This document shows, piece after piece, positions 1-11,524 of a DNA stretch of 64,000 nucleotides. Each line of letters opens with the position of its first letter. Position 1 is the first letter of the stretch. The position numbers were made by a program, and so were the translations under genes. The notes under the pieces are model-generated. The model was not told the origin of the DNA. It made no database searches and was given only the letters and a program-made list of their open reading frames with translations. Origin of the DNA: Octopus bimaculoides (Eukaryota); NCBI RefSeq assembly GCF_001194135.2, contig NC_068990.1, positions 78,015,583-78,079,582 on the forward strand. Direction: 5' to 3'.

Positions 1-420
1 CCATGCTGGAGAACCACCTTACAAAGAATAAGTATTTTGTAAGCCTGGTACTTATTCTATTGGCCTCTTTTGCCATACCGCTAAGTTACAGAGACATAAA
101 CACATCACCATCGGTCGCCAAGCAATGGTGGTGGGGAGAAACACAAAAACAAAGACACATACACATAAATATATATATATATACACACATACCTACACAT
201 ACATGCATCCACACACATACACANNNNNNNNNNAGATAAATATATGTATACAAATAAATGATTTGAAGAAGATTTTTGTTTTATAAAAAAAGCCATTACT
301 TTTATACCTAGTGTGCATTTTCTTTGTTTCTTTTTACTTTTCCCTTATATAGGTTGACTTTGCCTTTCATCCTTTTAGGATCGATAAAATAAGTTCCAAC
401 TGAGCACTGGGGTCTCTCTC

Positions 421-863
421 CAATGCCGCCAGGAGTGCTACATCATTTGTGTGATGTGGAAAATATTCCATCAATATTGCACAAATGATGTCAGCATCAA
501 TTTTAAAATCCATCCAAGACTTGGCCCCCGTGCTATCCTCCCACTACAAAAATCGAACTTGGAACACACAGCAACATTATGTCACAATTACTTTGCTTCA
601 ACCAGTCAAGCTCTCGTTAATACCATACCAAAATACATCAAAACAGAAACGGATCCCATAAAATTCAAATGTTCACTGGATAAATTTCTTCAAAATATCC
701 CAGACCAACCTCCTTCACCCAGATATGTCTCCAACAATAATAACTCTTTGCTAGAGTGGGCCATGGTGCCCCATATATGACTAAAAGACTTCACCAGGTG
801 GTGCTATTAAGTTAGACATAGCCTAGGCCTAAACTGGCCGAAACCTATCAAAGTTATCAAAGT
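421..863 (+). mobile_element. 3' fragment of a CR1/L2-like LINE (post-RT C-terminus, 3' UTR, short tandem tail)
   Basis: SLQCRQECYIICVMWKIF...HPRLG...LVNTIPKYIK...FKCSLDKFLQNIPDQP...NNSLLEW resembles SLQRRRERY..YMWKI...FNSLP...FK..LDKFL..IPDQP. It ends in (tatcaaag)-like tandem units. Confidence 0.8.
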
Positions 864-882
864 CATATATATATATATATAT

Positions 883-1045
883 ACAACAGTTTTCTTTCAG
901 TTTCCATGTACCAAATCCACTCACAAGGCTTTGGTCGGTTTGAGGCTATAGTAGAAGACACTTGCCCAAGGTGCCACACAGTGGGACTGAACTCAGAACC
1001 ATGTGGTTGGGAAGCAAGCTTCTTACTACACAGCCATGCCTGTGC
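883..1045 (-). mobile_element. SINE family AB, 5' half (tRNA-like head plus CORE-like segment)
   Basis: Reverse complement of the recurrent head TGGCTGTGTGGTAAGAAGCTTGCTTCCCAACCACATGGTTCnGGGTTCAGTCCC...ACCTTGGGCAAGTGTCTT. Other 5'-half copies lie near 1730-1895, 7262-7580, 14408-14560, 24440-24560, 41947-42110 and 57790-57930. Confidence 0.85.
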
Positions 1046-1563
1046 TTATTTTTTGAAAAATTCTTAAAATATTTTGTATATTTAATAAGTAGAACCAATT
1101 ATTTGTGCATACATTTTAACAACAAAATCTTGTATGAACTCCAAGGGTCATGTAGGCCCTCAAAAGTCATATGGACTGTGCTTGAGAACCATTACTATAA
1201 ATGAAATTTATGTTTTTTATTGCTTTAGTAATTGCATTGCATGATGGGAATGTATTGCCATATTGAAGTGGTGTGATACAGAATTCTTGTATTTCTTTGT
1301 CATCAGAGAGAGTGAGTCATAGATATTTAGAGATAGTTATTTATGTGTGTGTATGTATAACTAAATGTATCTATGTGCATATGTTTGTGTGTGTGTGTGT
1401 GTGTGTGTATAACTAAATGTATCTATGTGCATATGTGTGTGTGTGTGTATACACACACACGCACACACACATGTATATGTTGATGTTTGTTTTTATGATC
1501 AGTTATAATAAAAACAGTTTTACATTAATTTGATGGGTTTACTCTATACTTTTGTAGAATAAA

Positions 1564-1704
1564 ATTTATTATTCTTAAACAAGATTATCATTGATAGTGA
1601 TTTCAAAATTTTAGCCAGTTAAGCCATTGTCATCAGTCTGACAATGGCTTAACTCACCGAAATTTCAAAGTCACTATCAATAATATTCTTGTTGAATAAT
1701 AAAT
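1564..1704. mobile_element. Palindromic fold-back element carrying degenerate hammerhead-like motifs
   Basis: About 68-bp inverted arms with a perfect 15-bp core stem (gttaagccattgtca / tgacaatggcttaac) and a 6-nt loop. A related single arm lies at 58176-58230. Confidence 0.75.
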
Positions 1705-1906
1705 ACACACACACACACACACACACGTGGTGATGTGCCTGGCTGTATACTAAGAAGCTTGCTTCCAAAACACATGGTTCTGGGTTCAGTGCCACTGCAT
1801 GGCACCTTGGGCAAGTGTCTTCTACTATAGCTTCAGGCTGACCGCAGCTTTGGATTTGGTTGATGGAAACTAAAAGATGTTTGTCGTATGTATGTATATA
1901 TGTATG

Positions 1907-1944
<38 letters not shown>

Positions 1945-2619
1945 NNNNNNNNNNNNNNNNNNNNNNNNNNNNNNNNNNNNNNNNNNNNNNNNNNNNNNNN
2001 NNNNNNNNNNNNNNNNNNNNNNNNNNNNNNNNNNNNNNNNNNNNNNNNNNNNNNNNNNNNNNNNNNNNNNNNNNNNNNNNNNNNNNNNNNNNNNNNNNNN
2101 NNNNNNNNNNNNNNNNNNNNNNNNNNNNNNNNNNNNNNNNNNNNNNNNNNNNNNNNNNNNNNNNNNNNNNNNNNNNNNNNNNNNNNNNNNNNNNNNNNNN
2201 NNNNNNNNNNNNNNNNNNNNNNNNNNNNNNNNNNNNNNNNNNNNNNNNNNNNNNNNNNNNNNNNNNNNNNNNNNNNNNNNNNNNNNNNNNNNNNNNNNNN
2301 NNNNNNNNNNNNNNNNNNNNNNNNNNNNNNNNNNNNNNNNNNNNNNNTCTTTGTGCAGCTGAAGATTGCTCTGCATTTTAAATTGATGTAATGGTTGCAT
2401 TGTTTAATTAAATGGAGTTGCATGAAACGATTGTACTGCATTACCTCTGGATATCCTTGTTGCTTATTTTGATTATATATATATATATATATATATTATT
2501 ATAAAATCTGGTAATTAGTCATATATTAATTAATATCGATTAATTATCAGGAGGCCAGCACATCTAAAGAATCAAAGAGATTCAGAAATATTATCTGCAA
2601 TCTCAGGGGATTAAGGTAC

Positions 2620-2651
<32 letters not shown>

Positions 2652-3010
2652 ATATATCTATGTGTGTGTGTCTTTATGTCTGTGTTTATCCCCCACATCA
2701 CCACTTGACAACTGGTGTTGGTGTTTCTATGACGTGTAACTTAGCAGTTTGGCAAAAGAAACCAATAGAATAAGTACTAGGCTTTAAAAAAATAAGTCCT
2801 ATAGTCAATTTGTTGGACTAAAATCCTTCAAGGCAATACTCTAGCATGGCCACTGTCAAATGACTGAAATAAGTAAAAGAATAAAAGAATATATATGCAT
2901 GTATATATGTATATATATGCTCTCCATTCTCACTCTTTGTCTCTCTCTTTCATTCTCTCACTATACACACACACACACATATATATATATATACATGTGT
3001 GTGTATTTAC

Positions 3011-3600
3011 CATCATCATCATCATCATCATTTTATGTCTGCCTTCCTTGCTAGCATGGGTTGGACGGTTTAACTGAGGACTGACAAGCCAGGAGGCTGT
3101 ACCAGACTCCAATTTGATCCGGCAAGGTTTCTACAGTTTGATGCCCTTCCTAATGCCAACCACTCTGAGAGTGCAGTTGGTGCTTTTTATATCCCACCAC
3201 TATGGGGACCAGTCAGGTGGCATTGGCATCGACCACACTTCAATGGTGCTTTTTACATGTCACCAGCATGGGAGCTAGTCAGGCAGCACTGGCATTGACC
3301 ATGCTGGAATGATACTTTTTATGTGCTACCAGCATGGGTGCCAGTCAAATGGCACTGGCATCAGCCATGACTACAATTTTGCTTGACTTAACAGGTCTTC
3401 TCAAGCACAGTATATTGCCAAAGAAATGAAGGGTATTTTTAAACATGCTGGTAATGTGACACTGGCATCAGCCACTGCTACGATCTCATTTGATTTGCCA
3501 AGTCTTCTCAATCACAGCATGTCTTCAAAAATCTCAGTCGCTTGTCATTGCCTCTGTGAGGCCCAACATTCAAAGGTCATACTTCACCACTTTTATGCAA
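3011..3600 (-). mobile_element. Degenerate RTE LINE 3' end plus 3' UTR (repeat family E) ending in (GAT)n
   Basis: 3495-3600 aligns with the RTE ORF end at 6722-6830. It is followed by about three ~60-bp tandem units, the family-E core and a (CAT)n tail at 3011-3030. Confidence 0.75.
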
Positions 3601-3694
3601 TTGATCCTATGGAAACTGATATCATTTTTTGTAATTTGTTCTTGTCATGTCCCATCACTCCTAAACCTTGTGAAAAAAGTTTTTAAAATCATCG

Positions 3695-3696
<2 letters not shown>

Positions 3697-3758
<62 letters not shown>
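3697..3758. repeat. (ATT)n microsatellite
   Basis: About 20 perfect units directly abutting the 3' UTR of the Dong-like fragment. Confidence 0.95.
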
Positions 3759-3945
3759 GTGATTAAAACTCACAGCTTATTTTGCTAGGTATGACAGAAA
3801 GTGTCAACTGTCCACACCCAGCAGACTAAAGTGACACTTGTTTACTGGTCATGCTTTAAGAATTCTGCAAAGAATTCTTGCAGTTCCAAGCAATGCTGAT
3901 TTTTGTAGGTGTTCTACCTTCACACTTACCGAAATATTTTACTTC
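3759..3945 (-). mobile_element. 3' end of an R4/Dong-like RLE non-LTR retrotransposon
   Basis: Minus-strand ISVSVKVEHLQKSALLGTARILCRILKA* (stop at 3849-3851) matches the typical RLE-clade terminus LQK.ALLGTARILR.VL. Confidence 0.75.
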
Positions 3946-3954
3946 TTTTATGAT

Positions 3955-4308
3955 CAAACCAGCCAGATCTGGCCTCTCACACCAACCCTACAATTTCATT
4001 CTAAAAATTAACAGTTACCTCATCAAAATCTCAAAGCTACAAGATAATGCATGATTAATTAATGATGTGAACAAATGAGGAATATTTTTAAGAGAATAAT
4101 GTGAATGCTAAAAGCCCAAATATCCTACCTGTTTTATGTTCAAACCAGCCAGATCTAGCCTCTCACACCTGCCCTACCATGTCATTTTAAAATTTAACAA
4201 TCACATCAATAAAATCTTGAAGCTACAAGATAATGCATGATAAGCTTAAAGCAATGAGATTAAATAAGGATTACATTTGACAGAATAATCTGAACGCTAA
4301 ACGGTTAA
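3955..4308 (+). mobile_element. Two tandem 5'-truncated copies of a piggyBac-like MITE
   Basis: Both align with the complete element at 52259-52454. The second ends gctaaacgg-TTAA. Another partial copy is at about 17545-17690. Confidence 0.7.
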
Positions 4309-4669
4309 TCCCATTCTCCCTCAGTTTCCTATAAATTCAATAGGGAGCAGCCCATCTCTCCTCCATTGGAACCTTCCTCTCCAAACGGAAATTTGAAGAA
4401 GTCAATGAGGGCTTGGCTTAAAAGAAAGGTGTCTGTTCTGTTCTCAGATTTTTCAGTCTTGTCCACCACACAGGCTCTTTGTCATAGCAACCACCAGATA
4501 GAGGGAGAAAACAAAAAAAAAACAAATTCTTGTAATTTCCAACCAAAGAGAAATGGAGAAACAACCAAAACCCCACCCCCCACCCATGAGAGACTTCGGC
4601 TGGTAACTGGCTCTGTCTTATATGTGATAATGTTGACGATGACTAGAGTAACAACAATGATAACAATGT

Positions 4670-4985
<316 letters not shown>

Positions 4986-5385
4986 TGATGGTGACTAGTT
5001 ATATACTGTCTGTACATCCATTTAGTTGAAACAACAGAAGCTATGTCAAACAAGGTTATATATATATATATGACCACCCAAGAGTATAAACATTGTAACT
5101 CCTGGGATTTTCTGCCCAAACTCTTTTTCTTACATTAGCTACGTACACTGGTCACTGACACAGGCTGAAAGCTCTTTCGGTAATTGAAGATCTGCATATA
5201 CAGTTCTAGATTAGAGAATCGGCTGTTAACATATGAAAGATCCATGTGGGTGTGGACCAGTGTATTGGCCATGTATGAATATATGTGTGTATGTATGCAT
5301 GCATGTATGTCAGTGTGGGGGCAGTATATTTGTGTGCATGTGTGTGTGTATGTGTGTGTGTGTGTGCGCATGCGTGCGTGTGTGT

Positions 5386-5588
5386 ATTTTCTTAGAATTC
5401 CATGTTTATGTGTAGATACATGTGTATATTTATGTGCATGTTATGATATATATGTATGTGTGTATGTGTGTATGAGTGAGTGCGTATGTGTGTGTTTGTG
5501 TGTGTGTGTGTGTGTGTGCATTTTCTTAGAATTCCGTGTATTTGTAAAGATATATGTGTATATTTATATGCATGTTATGGTACATATG

Positions 5589-5638
<50 letters not shown>

Positions 5639-5720
5639 TGTGTATGCTTGTATTTTCTTAGAATTGCATGTTTATGTGTAGATACATGCATATATTTATA
5701 TGTATGTTATGGTATATATG
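5386..5720. repeat. Minisatellite, 3 units of about 133 bp, each containing a (TG)n tract
   Basis: attttcttagaatt recurs at 5386, 5520 and 5652. Confidence 0.9.
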
Positions 5721-6711
5721 TATACATGTGCGTTGTGTGTATGTGTCTGTTGTGTGTGTGCGTGTGTGTGTGTGTATGAGTGTGTAACTATACATATATA
5801 TATAAATATATCACTAAGATCACATACATATATGCATGCATGCATGCACACACACTCACATACGCACACACACTCACATACGCACACTAACACATACATA
5901 TGTATGTGAGTTTATGTATACATGTATGTAAGTGTATATGACTGTAAACAGTCTATGCATGTATATCAAACATATCAATATATATGATGTATAATATCGA
6001 ATACTTTCTTTTTCATCAAATTACAATGATCTGTGATTATATATATATATANNNNNNNNNNNNNNNNNNNNNNNNNNNNNNNNNNNNNNNNNNNNNNNNN
6101 NNNNNNNNNNNNNNNNNNNNNNNNNNNNNNNNNNNNNNNNNNNNNNNNNNNNNNNNNNNNNNNNNNNNNNNNNNNNNNNNNNNNNNNNNNNNNNNNNNNN
6201 NNNNNNNNNNNNNNNNNNNNNNNNNNNNNNNNNNNNNNNNNNNNNNNNNNNNNNNNNNNNNNNNNNNNNNNNNNNNNNNNNNNNNNNNNNNNNNNNNNNN
6301 NNNNNNNNNNNNNNNNNNNNNNNNNNNNNNNNNNNNNNNNNNNNNNNNNNNNNNNNNNNNNNNNNNNNNNNNNNNNNNNNNNNNNNNNNNNNNNNNNNNN
6401 NNNNNNNNNNNNNNNNNNNNNNNNNNNNNNNNNNNNNNNNNNNNNNNNNNNNNNNNNNNNNNNNNNNNNNNNNNNNNNNNNNNNNNNNNNNNNNNNNNNN
6501 NNNNNNNNNNNNNNNNNNNNNNNNNNNNNNNNNNNNNNNNNNNNNNNNNNNNNNNNNNNNNNNNNNNNNNNNNNNNNNNNNNNNNNNNNNNNNNNNNNNN
6601 NNNNNNNNNNNNNNNNNNNNNNNNNNNNNNNNNNNNNNNNNNNNNNNNNNNNNNNNNNNNNNNNNNNNNNNNNNNNNNNNNNNNNNNNNNNNNNNNNNNN
6701 NNNNNNNNNNN

Positions 6712-6999
6712 GATCTTACTTGGCTTGCCGGGTCTTCTCACGCACAGCCCATTTCCAAAGGTCTCGGTCCGTAGTCATCGCCTCGGTGAGGCCCAATGTA
6801 CGAAGGTCTTGCCTCACCACCTCAGCCCAGGTCTTCCTGGGCCTACCTCTTCCACGGGTTCCCTCAACTGTTAGGGTGTGGCACTTTTTCACGCAGCTAT
6901 CCTCCTCCATTCTCACCACATGTCCATACCAGCGCAATCGTCTCTCTTGCACGCCACAACTGATGCTTCTAATGTTCAGCTTTTCTCTCAAGATACTTA

Positions 7000-7001
<2 letters not shown>
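6712..7001 (-). mobile_element. Well-preserved 3' end of an RTE-clade LINE ORF
   Basis: LREKLNIRSISCGVQERRLRWYGHVVRMEEDSCVKKCHTLTVEGTRGRGRPRKTWAEVVRQDLRTLGLTEAMTTDRDLWKWAVREKTRQAK* has the RRLRW.GHV.RM...RGRPRKTW signature. The 3' UTR is lost in the gap. Confidence 0.92.
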
Positions 7002-7048
<47 letters not shown>

Positions 7049-7349
7049 CGCACTCAAGCATATACATATATATATGTGTATGTACACTTATATATTAACT
7101 TTTTATGTTTTGTATGTGCATTTGGTTGTGTATGTGTGTGTGTGTATGTGTTCTGATACTAGTTATTCCGCAAAAGGTTTTAGCCAAGTATCCATACAAA
7201 TATTAATCTGAGTAGATAAGAGAAATTCTCAATGGATATGAATTCACCAAGTAAAGCTAAACATAGGCATGGGTATGGTTGTGTGGTAAGAAGCTTGCTT
7301 CCCAACCACATGGTCCCGGGTTCAGTCCCGGGTTCAGTCCCACCATGTG

Positions 7350-7479
7350 CAGGGCTGGCCCTAGGGTTGCTGGTGCTACAGTCAAGCAGAACTTGTCTTT
7401 GTTACATCCTCCTTGGTGCCCCTTAGCACAAGGCATCCTGGGTGACTGCCTGAGTTGCCGGTACCTTGAGCCAGCCCTG
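7350..7479. mobile_element. 130-bp hAT-type MITE inserted in a family AB SINE
   Basis: TIRs CAGGGCTGGC...GCCAGCCCTG. The flanks accatgtg / accgcata can be explained as a decayed 8-bp TSD. Confidence 0.7.
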
Positions 7480-7597
7480 ACCGCATAGCACTTGGACAAG
7501 TGTCTTCTACTATAATGTCAGGTTGACCAAAGCCTTGTGAGTGGATTTGGTAGACAGAAACTGAAAGAAGCCAGCCATATATGTATATAATGATATA

Positions 7598-7636
<39 letters not shown>

Positions 7637-8030
7637 GGGAGTAAGCACATGAAATGTGCAACAAGGTGGAAAAAGGAGTACTCAAATACCAGAGGTAGAG
7701 TAATATGCTTTATTTAAAAGCAGCAGAAATATAAGAAAAGAATCTTACTCTGAGTTTCACGTTCCCGTTNNNNNNNNNNNNNNNNNNNNNNNNNNNNNNN
7801 NNNNNNNNNNNNNNNNNNNNNNNNNNNNNNNNNNNNNNNNNNNNNNNNNNNNNNNNNNNNNNNNNNNNNNNNNNNNNNNNNNNNNNNNNNNNNNNNNNNN
7901 NNNNNNNNNNNNNNNNNNNNNNNNNNNNNNNNNNNNNNNNNNNNNNNNNNNNNNNNNNNNNNNNNNNNNNNNNNNNNNNNNNNNNNNNNNNNNNNNNNNN
8001 NNNNNNNNNNNNNNNNNNNNNNNNNNNNNN

Positions 8031-8074
<44 letters not shown>

Positions 8075-8680
8075 TATACATGCATATATGTACATACATC
8101 TATACATAAATAAATGCATATGTGAGCACAAGACATCTTAAAACGTGTACAACAAAAAAATATGAAGTACGGGTACACGGAATAGGAACTAATTTTTCGA
8201 ACAACAAAAGACACAATTGGAAAACAAGACAAACAATATAAGGAACGACCCTTCATCAGTTGTTGGCTGTTTTTCTACTCTCATATTTTGAGCATTTAAC
8301 AACAATATACGCTTTCGATAAAACATTTGCTCCCACAAAGCAAATTAAAAATAAAATTTGGGATTTTGCGGAGGGTCAAAATTGGTAACACAAACAGGAC
8401 AGTGCAAAAAAACAGGAAGGGCTGCTAAGCCTAAATGAGGTTGTGGTGGCAAACACGTAAATCAAGCTTGGACAGGAGACAGACAAGAATATGTCTTCCA
8501 TGTTCAAGCTACAACGGAGAGAAAGAAAGAAACAGAAGTTAGGAGAAGAAAGAAAGATGGCCGAATGTCACGTGGGAGCCACATGAGCAAGAGAGGAGGA
8601 GTGAGGGAGAGAGAGAGCATGATAGGAAAAAATTCCAGTGAACAATAATAACATCTTACCTCTGCTAGGTCAGCAAAACA

Positions 8681-8711
<31 letters not shown>

Positions 8712-9122
8712 CTTTTATTCTTTTGTTCTTTTACTTGTTTCAGTCATTTGACTGTGGCCATGCTGGAACACTGCCTTGAAGAGTTTTTAGTCGAATGAAT
8801 TGACTCCAGTATTTATTTCTTTTTAAAGCCTGGTACTTATTCTATCGGTACTTTGTGCCAAACTTCAAAGTTACAGGGACGTAAACACACTAACACCAGT
8901 GAGCCAGCAGTGATGGGATGGGGGACAAACACAGACACAAAGGCACACACACATAGATGTGTGTGTGTGTATAAACAACAGGCTTCTTTCAGTTTCTGTT
9001 TACTAAATCCCCTCATAAGGCTTTGGTTGGCTCAGGGCTTTAGTAGAAGACACTTGCCCAAGGTGCAATGCTGTGTGACTGAACCAGGAATCATGTAGTT
9101 GGAAACCAAGCTTCTTACCATG
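8712..9122 (-). mobile_element. Bipartite SINE family AB with an internal microsatellite
   Basis: 5' half and 3' half joined by a (CA)/(TG) tract. Other complete copies are at about 19100-19470, 21515-21905, 39530-39885, 40185-40640, 42530-42930, 49385-49810 and 54310-54900. Confidence 0.85.
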
Positions 9123-9515
9123 CTATATATATGCTACAAAAATGTTTAAGAAAACATGAAGACGAGGGGTAGGAAATGAACAAATGGTATATATTATGTT
9201 TATGCTCAGGTGAAATATGAAGTCTTACATTTCAAGGATATGTTCTTCTTCAGAAAGAATCAATCACTGCATGTATGCATGCGTGTATGTACGTATGTAT
9301 ATAAAGATGATATGTAAAAGTGGAGTACACTAGCAGTTAAATAGTACAAGGGAGATAATCACTTTTTCATAACATCTGGTGGGATTATAAGTTTGAATTT
9401 GAAATTGAGGAATTTAAAAAATGCACAGAATACACATGCTTAATTTTCTACTTTTGCTTACTCGTTACAAAGGTCTTAAAGTATCTAGTCTTAAGTAATC
9501 ATGTGTATGTGTGTG

Positions 9516-9586
<71 letters not shown>

Positions 9587-10421
9587 ATATATATATTGAT
9601 ATATTGTTGTACCCCACGCCACCTCCTGATACCACCAACAGGCTCCAATAGTCCATGTTAGTAGCTCAGGAGACCTCAGGGAAGCTAACTTGCTTAGAGA
9701 AGAAGTGCTAGTGAAAGAAGTCAGAAGAGTTGACCATAACATGCAAAACCGTTGAGTGCAACCAAAATAGAACTTTAATTAAGAGGTGAATAAATATTTA
9801 TGGAATAAACAGGCAGTTCTTTAGAGATTTTTTAGAGTTCTTTCATTCGCCTTTGAAATGTGTAGACTTTTGGTGAGCTCTACTTTTATTCACCAATCTA
9901 ATGATTCTTTTTTTTTATCTCTTTATTTTTTCAACTGGACTCTGTTGTTACTCCTGAATTTACATTAGTCCAGTAACTATTCTGCATTCTTTACATGGCC
10001 AAGTTCACACTGACTATTTTCACAGCAAGTTTAATACCTTCCACTTTACAAAGACACCACTGTTCACATTAACTACAGACATTCACCATTGCATCAAACT
10101 AACTTATAACCATTCTCCTCGCAGCAAAGACACTACTGTTGATATTAACCACTGGCATTCGCCAACACAATACATGTCCCACTTCTGACACCAATTACTG
10201 TTCAGCACGAACTGCTCAACTTCAACTGCATGGCACCAACCTCAACCAATATTCACATAAACCACTCATGTTGACTTCCATTGCATCAACTTCCAGCAGA
10301 CTCCAAACCAACCACCTCACTTATCAACACCACACATTAGCTAACAGTACAGACTCAATTGCCATGTGTTCAATACTAGTATTTATATTTTGCCCACACA
10401 GTAAAAAGCATGTCAAAATCA

Positions 10422-10800
10422 TTGTTGTTGTTGGCACTCTGTCGCTTACGACGTCGAGGGTTCCAGTTGATCCGCTCAACGGAACAGCTTGCTCGTGAAA
10501 TTAACGTGCAAGTGGCTGAGCACTCCACAGACATGTGTATCCTTAACGTAGTTCTCGGGGATATTCAGCATGACAAGGCTGACCCTTTGAATTACAGGCA
10601 CAACAGAAACAGGAAGTAAGAGTGAGAGAAAGTTGTGGTGAAAGAGTACAGCAGGGTTCGCCACCATCCTCTGCCGGAGCCTCGTGGAGCTTTAGGTGTT
10701 TTCACTCAATAAACACTCACAACGCCCGATCTGGGAATTGAAACCGTGATCTTATGACCACGAGTCCGCTGCCCTAACCACTGGGGCATTGCACCTCCAC
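10422..10800 (-). mobile_element. Full-length tRNA-derived SINE family C
   Basis: Head GTGGAGGTGCAATGCCCCAGTGGTTAGGGCAGCGGACTCG...GGTTTCAATTCCC has A/B-box-like motifs; (CAA)n tail. Related heads or copies lie near 14610, 17695, 26330, 28340, 29420, 37985, 44683, 44840, 47830, 54030 and 59020. Confidence 0.85.
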
Positions 10801-10957
10801 ATGTCAAAATCATACCGCCTACACTTTAAACAGTCACAATGAATTAATTTTTCATTTATTTTGCAAAACCAGAGAGCAGTGTTCAAATCTGCATCACATG
10901 AATGAGAAATTATCTGAATATAATTTTTCATTCATAACAAAATATTTATATACGAAA

Positions 10958-11225
10958 GTAAAAAGCGAGAAAGTAGAATGCTTCTGACAATGTGGAAAGT
11001 TTTATAAAACCATTATATTTCCGGCACAAAGGCCCATCTTGTGAAGAAAATGTCTGGGAAACGTCCAGTTGTGTAGGAAATTTGAAAGAGTTAACAGAAC
11101 CTACATACCTGGACATTTCCCAGACTGTTTTTCTTCTGAAGATGGGCCTTTGCCCCTGAAATATAAAGGTTTTATTAAACTAACTTTCTGCATTGTCAGA
11201 AGCTTTCTATTTACTCTCTTTTTAC
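10958..11225. mobile_element. Fold-back element with about 120-bp inverted arms containing a hammerhead-like motif
   Basis: Left arm 10958-11077 and right arm 11100-11225 are reverse complements (e.g. aaaggcccatctt / aagatgggccttt and cttctgacaatg / cattgtcagaag), with a 22-nt spacer. Confidence 0.85.
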
Positions 11226-11524
11226 CTTTTTCAATATAGCAATGATTCAAGTGAACTACAATACTCATATATATGTACATAGGACAGCTGGCATGCCACA
11301 GCCAGTCATTTTAATCTTACATCAACCCTGTATATGCAATAAGATATTTTCATTGACTTGTCCATCATTCCTGCTACAAATCATTTTGCAACATAGACGA
11401 GGTGCATTTAATCGACTATCACAAGATTCTGGGTTTAGTCTTATTGCATGATATCTGGACAAGTCTCTTTTACCTTAGCTCCAGACTAACACAAAACAAC
11501 CTGCTTGGCTGAAATTGAGTTGAT

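Noticed and set aside
3180-3380. Regularly spaced ~60-bp units resembling an array
   Set aside because: Whole units are tandem copies within an RTE 3' UTR with no unique spacers, so this is not CRISPR-like.
8240-8262. CUGAUGA on the minus strand
   Set aside because: No GAAA or stem III follows; at most a truncated PLE remnant.
10740-10800. tRNA-like sequences at SINE heads
   Set aside because: They continue into SINE bodies, are multi-copy and degenerate, and lack a complete cloverleaf.
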